A stretch of DNA of 32,000 nt, taken from assembly GCA_963676105.1 (NCBI GenBank), contig OY781039.1:690001-722000 (forward strand), in the 5' to 3' direction. This DNA comes from Erysipelotrichaceae bacterium. GTDB lineage: Bacteria > Bacillota_I > Bacilli_A > Erysipelotrichales > Erysipelotrichaceae. The first letter of the stretch is position 1. Every line of letters begins with the position of its first letter. Below the pieces are notes generated by a model, which was not told the origin of the DNA, did not search any database, and saw only the letters and a list, made by a program, of their open reading frames with translations. Both the position numbers and the translations under genes were made by a program. This document shows positions 1 through 6,982 of this stretch, one piece after another.

Positions 1-488
1 ATAAATACAACATTAATAATCAATGATAGTACTGTTAAAAAGGTTAATGAAACAACTGGTATATAGACTGTAACTGATAAAATCATAATCGTCGCAATAT
101 ACATATGAACAAAATCAAAACGATTAATGGTCACAATATTTAAACAAGTCGCAAGTCCAATAAAATTGGCAATAATAATATGTTCTAGTTTAAACATGCT
201 CATAAAATCAGACTTAAAGTGATTTCGTTTATGTTTAAAAGCTGGGATTAATAAAAGACCATTGCTCACGACAAACGCCATTGAAACATAACGAATTTTA
301 AAATCTATACTAGGTAGAAATGCTAAGATAATTTCTAAGATTTCTAGGCCAATCATGATTTTATAGATCTGCTCAAAATTCTCTACTACTTTTTCATTTG
401 AAAACTCATCCCGATAGTGTTCCATTTCCTCAGCTGTGTGGGTTGGTGATACTAAATGATAATAGAGATTTTTCACAGAGTTATTCAT
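1..488 (-). CDS. Partial CDS (N-terminal ~162 aa; C-terminus lies beyond the window edge). Multi-pass membrane domain paralogous to the N-termini of the two adjacent GGDEF proteins, so probably a third tandem diguanylate cyclase
   Basis: Hand translation from ATG 488-486 stays open to position 1: MNNSVKNLYYHLVSPTHTAEEMEHYRDEFSNEKVVENFEQIYKIMIGLEILEIILAFLPS... The N-terminal pattern matches 582-1706 (FFYDFAYPKPEHKAVFPYRFEF) and 1784-2911 (FNDFLYPTNEHKEILPYLDTF), followed by hydrophobic helices. The GGDEF domain itself is not visible. Confidence 0.55.
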   Translation of the reverse strand, partial: MNNSVKNLYYHLVSPTHTAEEMEHYRDEFSNEKVVENFEQIYKIMIGLEILEIILAFLPSIDFKIRYVSMAFVVSNGLLLIPAFKHKRNHFKSDFMSMFKLEHIIIANFIGLATCLNIVTINRFDFVHMYIATIMILSVTVYIPVVSLTFLTVLSLIINVVF

Positions 489-494
489 ACATTT

Positions 495-503
495 AATATA
501 GCA
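495..503 (-). promoter_or_regulatory. Extended -10 box TGCTATATT located 6 nt upstream of the ATG at 488 (candidate leaderless promoter)
   Basis: Minus strand reads tgtctagTGcTATATTaaatgtATG. There is no Shine-Dalgarno sequence between the box and the start codon. Confidence 0.4.
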
Positions 504-581
504 CTAGACATTACAAAAAAACGTAGTAATTGTATTAAAATCTTATTTTTTTATACAATTTATATCTATATTTAATGACTT

Positions 582-1706
582 TTAGATATTTAATCGAATT
601 TGATTTTTACCACTGTGTTTTGCGGCATATAAATTCTTATCAGCTAGTTTTATTAAATCTTTACTACTGTGATTATTTGATTCTGATATTCCACCGCTAA
701 TGGTTATTTTAAAATCTTTAAATTCAATATTTTGTACAGCTAAACGAATACGCTCTGCAATTTCATACGCTTGATTATGGGTCGTTTCTGGGAAAATAAT
801 CATAAACTCTTCCCCACCATAACGACCAATTAAGTCATTATTTCGAACTTGTTGACGAATGGTTTTAGATACTTCGATTAAAACAGTATCGCCATATTGA
901 TGACCATAAGTATCATTTACGTTTTTAAAGTCATCTAAATCTAAGATAAGAATGGATAAGTTTTCTTTGTTTAATTTCGCTTTTTCAATCGAGTTATCAA
1001 GGAGTTGGAAGATCTTTTCATGATTATAAAATTGTGTCATCGAATCTTTTTGAGCTAATTCCTCAAGTTGAATATTAGCTTCTTTTTGATTATGGTAATT
1101 CATCCAAATAATAATACGATTACGATTTGACAAAATACCTAGATACCACGCAAGCGCAATGAAAATCACAATATTCATAATTTCAAAGCGAACTACCAGC
1201 GGGTCAGTATGATAATACAAGACTCCGATAATATTAAAGATTTGACTAATGATTGCTAGCCAAGCTAGTGTATCTGATTTGATGTGCAGTATAACAGATG
1301 CAAAAACAAAGAACACAATAAAAAGATGCACTAAAACTAAACGATCTGCTTCAAATAAATTATAAATACTGGTTAAGAAAATAAAGTTTATAAGAATTAA
1401 ACTTTGAACTCTTAACATTGATTTATAACGAACACCGTAATTTCGTTTTCTAAAGTTATAAACAATCATTAAACAAAATGCATTCACAATTAGAAAAAAT
1501 ACAATCGCTAACTTTGTTTTGTAGGCAAAATCAAAAAAGAGTATCCCAATTTGAACAAAGTTTGAAATGAGCATTAAACCCCATAGATGCTCTAAATTGA
1601 TTTTTGTTTGTTCAAAAAGAAACTCAAAGCGATATGGGAATACAGCTTTGTGTTCAGGTTTCGGATAGGCAAAATCATAGAAGAATTCTATAAATTTTTT
1701 AATCAT
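582..1706 (-). CDS. Membrane-anchored diguanylate cyclase (six predicted TM helices plus a C-terminal GGDEF domain)
   Basis: 374-aa ORF. Active-site GGEEF in RYGGEEFMIIFP. I-site RxxD (RNND) sits exactly 5 residues upstream of GGEEF. DLDDFKNVNDTYGH is the metal/phosphate-binding region typical of GGDEF domains. The N-terminal ~190 aa are hydrophobic. Confidence 0.85.
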   Translation of the reverse strand: MIKKFIEFFYDFAYPKPEHKAVFPYRFEFLFEQTKINLEHLWGLMLISNFVQIGILFFDFAYKTKLAIVFFLIVNAFCLMIVYNFRKRNYGVRYKSMLRVQSLILINFIFLTSIYNLFEADRLVLVHLFIVFFVFASVILHIKSDTLAWLAIISQIFNIIGVLYYHTDPLVVRFEIMNIVIFIALAWYLGILSNRNRIIIWMNYHNQKEANIQLEELAQKDSMTQFYNHEKIFQLLDNSIEKAKLNKENLSILILDLDDFKNVNDTYGHQYGDTVLIEVSKTIRQQVRNNDLIGRYGGEEFMIIFPETTHNQAYEIAERIRLAVQNIEFKDFKITISGGISESNNHSSKDLIKLADKNLYAAKHSGKNQIRLNI

Positions 1707-1783
1707 AAACTAATTGTATCGAAAAAAGATTATATAAATATACTGACATGCACTTAATCGTATGAAAATACTTATTTTATCGT

Positions 1784-2911
1784 TTAATGTGATTCTATTC
1801 TATTCTTACCCATGCTTTTAGCTTTATATAGACGACTATCTGCTAGTTCAATCAGTTCATCTCTTGTATGATTATCCAATATTGATAATCCACCTGAAAT
1901 GGTTAGTCGGATTTTATCTATTCTCAGATTCTCAACGGTCTCTCTTATTCTTTCGGAAACATTTAAAGCTTGATTAAGATTTGCGCCTGGAAAGATAACC
2001 ATAAACTCTTCACCACCATGGCGACCTAATATATCTTGTTCTCTGACATTTTCACGAATACATGTTGATACCGCTAATAAAACTTCATCTCCTTTTAAAT
2101 GTCCGTATTTATCATTGATTATTTTAAAATCATCAATATCAATAATCAATATAGCTAATGAGCTTTGTTTAAGAATGGCATCTTTAATGGCATGGTCTAA
2201 GAGTCTAAAAATATGATCATGATTAAAAAATTGTGTCATTGAATCTTTAACCGCAATATCTTGAAGGAGTTCATTTTCTTGTTTATGTTTTTGTACATTG
2301 AGCCACAACAACATACGATGGCGATTATTCACAACCCCAAAATACCAAGCGACACTTATGAAGAAAAGTAAATTTATAATTTCATAGACAATTGTGAACA
2401 TATTAAAGTCATGCAAGATTAAAATACTTAAAATATTCAATCCTAAGCTAATCAAACCAATCACAAGCATGGTAAGTGCTGGAACATGAAGAAGTATTGC
2501 GGTGTAAGCATACACGATAATGTAGATATGTATATTAACCATATCGTTATAACGAAACGCATTAAAAGCGCTCGTAGCATATAAAAAAGATAAGATTACT
2601 AGCATTTGTACAATAAATTGCCATCTAAAAGAAACCTTATAATTAATCCGTTTCCAATAATAAATAGTGACGGTATAAAAACTTGCAAAACAAACAAATA
2701 CAATTAAACTTGCTTTCAATAAACCAGTTATACCTGGAAAATTTAGAGCGATGAGGGTTGAAATGATTGAAAAAATCAAAATTCTAAATATCTGATTTAA
2801 ATTATGAATCGTATACTCACGTAAAAAAGTATCCAAATATGGAAGAATTTCTTTATGTTCATTTGTTGGATATAAAAAATCATTAAAGTTCTTTTTAAGA
2901 TTTTCCCACAT
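1784..2911 (-). CDS. Membrane-anchored diguanylate cyclase, paralog of 582-1706
   Basis: 375-aa ORF with GGEEF (RHGGEEFMVIFP), I-site REQD and DIDDFKIINDKYGH. Architecture matches the neighbour, with roughly half the residues identical across the GGDEF domain by eye. Confidence 0.85.
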   Translation of the reverse strand: MWENLKKNFNDFLYPTNEHKEILPYLDTFLREYTIHNLNQIFRILIFSIISTLIALNFPGITGLLKASLIVFVCFASFYTVTIYYWKRINYKVSFRWQFIVQMLVILSFLYATSAFNAFRYNDMVNIHIYIIVYAYTAILLHVPALTMLVIGLISLGLNILSILILHDFNMFTIVYEIINLLFFISVAWYFGVVNNRHRMLLWLNVQKHKQENELLQDIAVKDSMTQFFNHDHIFRLLDHAIKDAILKQSSLAILIIDIDDFKIINDKYGHLKGDEVLLAVSTCIRENVREQDILGRHGGEEFMVIFPGANLNQALNVSERIRETVENLRIDKIRLTISGGLSILDNHTRDELIELADSRLYKAKSMGKNRIESH

Positions 2912-2917
2912 GCATCA

Positions 2918-2923
2918 ATAATA
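2918..2923 (-). promoter_or_regulatory. Possible -10 box TATTAT located 6 nt upstream of the ATG at 2911
   Basis: Minus strand reads gagtagTATTATtgatgcATG, with no SD. The region is AT-rich, so a chance match is possible. Confidence 0.3.
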
Positions 2924-3024
2924 CTACTCTATACCTAATTTAAAAATATTTATTTAATATTTAAACACTTTTTTATGTAGTTTATATGGAATATATCTAA
3001 ATTTAATTTATATGCGCTACTTTC

Positions 3025-3054
3025 TTGATAAGATTTAATACATTGGTTTAAAAT
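3025..3054 (+). promoter_or_regulatory. Sigma-A type promoter (TTGATA, 18 nt spacer, TAAAAT) ending 6 nt before the ATG at 3061, which predicts a leaderless mRNA
   Basis: TTGATA at 3025-3030 and TAAAAT at 3049-3054, followed by agattt and then ATG. No SD is present. Confidence 0.45.
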
Positions 3055-3060
3055 AGATTT

Positions 3061-3261
3061 ATGGAATGGTTACACTTATTAGGCTTATCCACCGCAACAA
3101 TCGCATTCTTAGCGCTTATTTTATTTAAGGGTTTTTCATATTATCAATACTATAAAATCTATAATAAGAAACGAAGTGAAGGCACACAAAAGATTACTTA
3201 TAAAGAATATGAAAAATATCGTCGCTTAATGGAAGCACAAATGAAAGATAAGAAAAAATAA
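3061..3261 (+). CDS. Small single-pass membrane protein (66 aa) with a Lys/Glu/Tyr-rich cytoplasmic tail; family unknown
   Basis: The ORF has one N-terminal hydrophobic helix (LLGLSTATIAFLALILF) and a charged tail. It is bracketed by its own promoter-like element and a hairpin terminator. Confidence 0.45.
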   Translation: MEWLHLLGLSTATIAFLALILFKGFSYYQYYKIYNKKRSEGTQKITYKEYEKYRRLMEAQMKDKKK

Positions 3262-3300
3262 AAGACATTGATCTGTGAATGAATCAATGTCTTTCTTGTT
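3261..3300. terminator. Bidirectional rho-independent terminator between convergent genes
   Basis: Perfect 12-bp inverted repeat: AAAGACATTGAT (3261-3272) and ATCAATGTCTTT (3283-3294). It is followed by a T-rich tract on the plus strand and an A-rich tract upstream. Confidence 0.65.
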
Positions 3301-3302
3301 TA

Positions 3303-4217
3303 TTAATGATAGAAATCTAAACCATTGAGTTTAAAGAGTTCTAAGAAAGCTTCTACGGCATCCTTTGAATCTGCTGCACTCTTAACTTCGATATTTAAGC
3401 CTTCCCAAGCTTGTGAAACCAGTTCACCACTTGGTACACCTAAGACATCAGCCCCTACGGTATTGATTGGCTCAATTACTGTACTTGCATCTGCATCAGC
3501 ATTTGAAATAAATGTTTGCATACTTTCAAAGCGTGCTGCGACTTGAGCAAGCGCTTCATCACTTAAATCAGCTTTTACAAATAAAGCAGCTTGTGGATAG
3601 TTATCAAAACCAGTTTGTTCTTTCCATATGGCTTGAACATCGTCATAGACTTGTAAAGCCACATTGCTTGACTCTGCTTTTGCTAAAGTAGCTGTAACCA
3701 GTGGTTCAGCCAATAAACCTACAGTATATTGACCACTTAAGAGTTGAGCTTGTACATCTGAGACAGAATTAAAGAAATCAGCACTGTATTCACTGCTATT
3801 ACCAAACAACTTATTGTAGATGATACCTGGAACAGCTTTATCGCCAAAGGCAGCTAATTTCCATGGTTGATCACTTGCTTGAACTAAAGTTCCTACGATA
3901 TAAAGGTTACCCCAAGTCAGCACACCATAGAGTTTATAAGCTTCATTCCCTTTTGAATACAACATCGCTCCTAAGTTAACAGGCGCAACAATCGCATCAT
4001 ATTCCCCTTTAACTAATTCTGCAGATAGTAAATCCGCTCCATCGACAAAATCAATTTTGTCCACTCCATTTTCAACTAAAGGCGTTAGTGCTACAGCAGG
4101 TGCCCCTTTAGGTGATAAAATACTTAAACTATTCCATTCAAGCTCTTTCGCACTTTGTGCTGAACAGCCGCTTAAGAATAAACCTACAAACAAAACTAAA
4201 CTAAGAATTTTCTTCAT
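3303..4217 (-). CDS. Lipoprotein, periplasmic-binding-protein type (NMT1/TauA/ThiY-like ABC substrate-binding fold). Orphan: no permease or ATPase is adjacent
   Basis: Signal peptide plus lipobox MKKILSLVLFVGLFLSGC. The mature part resembles NitT/TauT-type binding proteins (SPKGAPAVAL..., APVNLGAMLYSKG, TWGNLYIVG). The ATG directly abuts the thrS stop (TAAATG), with AAGGAGA inside the thrS 3' end. Confidence 0.65.
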   Translation of the reverse strand: MKKILSLVLFVGLFLSGCSAQSAKELEWNSLSILSPKGAPAVALTPLVENGVDKIDFVDGADLLSAELVKGEYDAIVAPVNLGAMLYSKGNEAYKLYGVLTWGNLYIVGTLVQASDQPWKLAAFGDKAVPGIIYNKLFGNSSEYSADFFNSVSDVQAQLLSGQYTVGLLAEPLVTATLAKAESSNVALQVYDDVQAIWKEQTGFDNYPQAALFVKADLSDEALAQVAARFESMQTFISNADADASTVIEPINTVGADVLGVPSGELVSQAWEGLNIEVKSAADSKDAVEAFLELFKLNGLDFYH

Positions 4218-5948
4218 TTATCGTTTCTCCTTGACTTCACTTGTTAATAATATCACAAGTTCTTCCACTGTCAAGGTTTCACTATCCTTTTGTCCATATT
4301 TACGTACATTTACGGTGTTGGCTTCAAGTTCTCCATCACCAACAACGAGTTGATATGGAATTTTCTTCATTTGAGCTTCACGTAAACGATAACCTAGTTT
4401 TTCATTACGATCATCAAGTGATACACGTAAGCCTAAGGCTTGAAGTTTATTGAGTAAGTCATTCGCATATTCATTATGGAATTCTGCATTAACCGGTAAA
4501 ATCACCACTTGTTTAGGTGCTAACCAAAGTGGGAAAGCGCCTGCATAGTGTTCTATTAAAATACCGATGAATCTCTCAACTGAACCAAAGACTACACGAT
4601 GTAACATAACCGGTCTTTGTTTAGATCCATCAGCCGCAATATAGGTCATATCGAAGCGTTCAGGTAAGTTCATATCAAGTTGGATGGTTCCACATTGCCA
4701 CTCACGACCAATACTATCTTTTAGATGGAAGTCTAATTTAGGACCATAGAATGCGCCATCCCCAGGGTTAATCTTAATATCTTTACCAGCCGCTTTAACA
4801 GCTTGTTCTAAGGCTTTTTCTGATTCATCCCAGACTTCAATAGAACCAATGAATTTCTCTTCAGGACGTGTGGATAGTTCAATTGTGTAAGATAAACCAA
4901 AGAGTTTATAGAAACGGTCGAACAAATCAATCATACGAACGATTTCACCCTCAATTTGATCTTGTGTCATATAAAGATGGGCATCATCTTGTGTAAAGGC
5001 ACGGACTCTAAATAAACCATTTAAAGCACCAGATGCTTCATGACGATGAACTAAACCGAGTTCTCCAACACGTAGTGGAAAGTCTTTATACGAGTGTAAA
5101 TTGTGTTTATACGCTAAGATACCCCCTGGACAGTTCATTGGTTTAATCGCAAAGTGACGATCATCAATTTCTGATGTATACATGTTTTCTCTGTAGTTAT
5201 ACCAGTGACCTGAAATTTCCCATAACTCTTGAGATAACATCGTTGGTGTTTTAATGAATTGATAGCCTTCTTTCGCATGTTCTTCATACCAGAAGTTCTC
5301 TAAGATATTACGAATAATCATCCCATCAGGTAGCCAGAATGGGAAACCTGGACCATACTCACTCATCATAAAGAGATCTAACTCTTTACCCAATTTCTTA
5401 TGATCACGCTTTTTCGCTTCTTCTAACATATACATGTGTTCTTCTAAAGCTTCAGGTGAATCAAAACAAACACCATAGACACGCTGAAGCATCTTATTAG
5501 AGGCATCACCCTTCCAATATGCACCAGAGACTTTTAAAAGTTTAAAGTTTTTAAGCTCTTTAGTCGTATTCGCATGAGGTCCACGACATAGATCTTCAAA
5601 CTCATCTTGTTTATAAGTACTAATGACTACGCCATCCATATTTGAAATCAAATCAATTTTATACGGATCATCCTTAAACTTCTCTAAAGCTTCTTCTTTA
5701 GATAGTTCAGTTCTTGTGATACGTTTATCACTTTTTGCGATCTTCTTCATTTCTTTTTCAATCGCAGGTAAATCTGCTTCTGATAAAACCGTATCGCCTA
5801 AGTCCATATCATAGTAAAAACCTTCAGTAATAACCGGTCCTACCCAAAATTGTGCCTGTGGATACAAACGTTTAACCGCTTGAGCCATCATGTGTGCACA
5901 TGAGTGATTAATAACGGATAGTCTTTCATCTTCTTTAATGTTAATCAT
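4218..5948 (-). CDS. thrS: Threonine--tRNA ligase (short form without the N-terminal TGS domain)
   Basis: 576-aa ORF. Editing-domain motifs HSCAH and CRGPH lie near the N-terminus. The class II catalytic core (FRVRAFTQDDAH, HRHEASGALNGL) and a C-terminal anticodon-binding domain are present. It is preceded by a Thr-specific T-box leader and AGGAGG. Confidence 0.95.
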   Translation of the reverse strand: MINIKEDERLSVINHSCAHMMAQAVKRLYPQAQFWVGPVITEGFYYDMDLGDTVLSEADLPAIEKEMKKIAKSDKRITRTELSKEEALEKFKDDPYKIDLISNMDGVVISTYKQDEFEDLCRGPHANTTKELKNFKLLKVSGAYWKGDASNKMLQRVYGVCFDSPEALEEHMYMLEEAKKRDHKKLGKELDLFMMSEYGPGFPFWLPDGMIIRNILENFWYEEHAKEGYQFIKTPTMLSQELWEISGHWYNYRENMYTSEIDDRHFAIKPMNCPGGILAYKHNLHSYKDFPLRVGELGLVHRHEASGALNGLFRVRAFTQDDAHLYMTQDQIEGEIVRMIDLFDRFYKLFGLSYTIELSTRPEEKFIGSIEVWDESEKALEQAVKAAGKDIKINPGDGAFYGPKLDFHLKDSIGREWQCGTIQLDMNLPERFDMTYIAADGSKQRPVMLHRVVFGSVERFIGILIEHYAGAFPLWLAPKQVVILPVNAEFHNEYANDLLNKLQALGLRVSLDDRNEKLGYRLREAQMKKIPYQLVVGDGELEANTVNVRKYGQKDSETLTVEELVILLTSEVKEKR

Positions 5949-5969
5949 TTTTTATTTCCTCCTTATAGA

Positions 5970-6006
5970 AATATAAAAGCACTCCATCCAATAAGGACGA
6001 AGTGCT
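5970..6006 (-). terminator. Intrinsic terminator of the T-box leader (the alternative to the antiterminator)
   Basis: Minus strand AGCACTTCGTCC-TTATT-GGATGGAGTGCT forms a 12-bp stem (including G-U pairs), followed by TTTTATATTT. The 5' arm overlaps the T-box sequence as expected. Confidence 0.8.
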
Positions 6007-6165
6007 CGTGGTACCACCTTAATTTATAAGTTATAAAATATAACTTACCTCTAATCCTTTAACGCAAGATTCACGCAAGTTTTCTAACTTGACCACTTAA
6101 GTGGTAGTCTTATTTATTTAAACGAAAGTTTGCACCAAACACTTTCTCTCTAAAGATTAAATAAA
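5970..6165 (-). promoter_or_regulatory. T-box riboswitch leader (threonine specifier) controlling thrS
   Basis: The minus strand carries the AG-bulge AGAGAG (about 6150-6145) and distal-loop GGTGCAA (about 6136-6130). The specifier region is AAGACTACCACTT, with Thr codons ACT-ACC-ACT at 6108-6100. The T-box sequence AAATTAAGGTGGTACCACG lies at 6025-6007, followed by a terminator hairpin. Confidence 0.88.
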
Positions 6166-6198
6166 TAAACCATGTCTTAAGTATGGGTTACTGAAGAT

Positions 6199-6227
6199 AG
6201 TTTAAGCCATTTTCAAACTTAAATCAA
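6199..6227 (-). promoter_or_regulatory. Candidate promoter of the thrS leader (TTGATT, 17 nt spacer, TAAACT)
   Basis: TTGATT at 6227-6222 and TAAACT at 6204-6199 on the minus strand, immediately downstream of the hicB stop and upstream of T-box stem I. Confidence 0.4.
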
Positions 6228-6232
6228 GCGCC

Positions 6233-6610
6233 TTAATCTTCATTGACTGTCAAAGATTTTACGATTGCTTTCCCTCTATTAACATACGCTGTTAAAGCTT
6301 CAATCATATAGGTGTTCAAACTTACATTTTCCTCAGAGGCTTGTTCAGATATTTCTTTATGAAGTGTTTTAGATAAACGTAATACGAGTTTCCCACTAAA
6401 GTCTTTAAGTTCAATATCTGGGGTTGGTATGCTTATTCCTTCTTTAACCATATACTCGATCGCGATAGAAATAGCTTCATTCAGATCAGTCACTGCTTCA
6501 TCAATTGTATGTCCACCTCCTGATACATATTTAAAAGCTGGATATTTCGCTACAAAAATCAATCCTTCTGATGTTTCTTCTTGAGTAATAATTAATTTAT
6601 AGGGATACAT
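6233..6610 (-). CDS. hicB: HicB-family antitoxin (N-terminal HicB fold plus a C-terminal ribbon-helix-helix DNA-binding domain)
   Basis: 125 aa. The N-terminus YKLIITQEETSEGLIFVAKYPAFKYVSGGGHTIDEAVTDLNEAI is typical of HicB. The C-terminus FSGKLVLRLSKTLHKEISEQASEENVSLNTYMIEAL is typical of RHH. It overlaps the upstream hicA by 14 nt. Confidence 0.75.
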   Translation of the reverse strand: MYPYKLIITQEETSEGLIFVAKYPAFKYVSGGGHTIDEAVTDLNEAISIAIEYMVKEGISIPTPDIELKDFSGKLVLRLSKTLHKEISEQASEENVSLNTYMIEALTAYVNRGKAIVKSLTVNED

Positions 6611-6872
6611 TTTTGTTTAACTCCTTTAATTTCACCAATACTGTCCTTAGATCTTTTACTGTATTTGGATGGATTGTAGCATTGTTATTATGTCTTGATA
6701 AAACGATTACATCTTCAATCAAAGCATGTCTAATTATGACATGACTCCCCTTTGTGTATCTAAATTCAAAATCTAAACATAATAGTAAGCTCATAAGATC
6801 TTTATATCGAATATCAGTTCTTAAAGGATCTTGCTTAAGAGCACTCAAAGTCTTTCTTTGTTTACTATTCAT
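6597..6872 (-). CDS. hicA: HicA-family mRNA interferase toxin
   Basis: 91 aa. The KGSHVIIRH motif plus ...VLSRHNNNATIHPNTVKDLRTVL matches the HicA (YcfA-like) pattern GSHxxxxH...P.H....l. It has the canonical toxin-first order with hicB. Confidence 0.68.
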   Translation of the reverse strand: MNSKQRKTLSALKQDPLRTDIRYKDLMSLLLCLDFEFRYTKGSHVIIRHALIEDVIVLSRHNNNATIHPNTVKDLRTVLVKLKELNKNVSL

Positions 6873-6898
6873 ATGATACTACATTTGATACTATTCAT
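6869..6898 (-). other. 9-codon upstream ORF (MNSIKCSII) with a strong SD, whose stop overlaps the hicA ATG (ATGA)
   Basis: AAGGAGA (6913-6907), 8 nt, then ATG at 6898. The frame ends at TGA 6871-6869, overlapping the hicA ATG at 6872-6870. hicA itself has no SD. Confidence 0.35.
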
Positions 6899-6953
6899 CA
6901 ATTAGATCTCCTTCTCTGTTACTTTTTATTACGTAACAAAAGATGAATCTCCT

Positions 6954-6980
6954 CAAAAAAAGAGTTCAATTAAGAACTCT
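6954..6980 (-). terminator. Rho-independent terminator after the 6983-7576 gene
   Basis: Minus strand AGAGTTC-TTAATT-GAACTCT followed by TTTTTTT, starting 2 nt after the stop codon. Confidence 0.65.
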
Positions 6981-6982
6981 CA

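Noticed and set aside
6060-6090. Direct repeat CTTGCGT ... CTTGCGT in the thrS upstream region
   Set aside because: It lies within the stem II / IIA-B region of the T-box leader and is best explained as part of that RNA structure.
6233-6872. hicAB as the core of a larger defence or mobile island
   Set aside because: The flanking genes are a T-box/thrS operon and a TetR-MMPL operon. I saw no integrase, transposase, flanking repeats or compositional shift. It looks like a solitary chromosomal TA pair.
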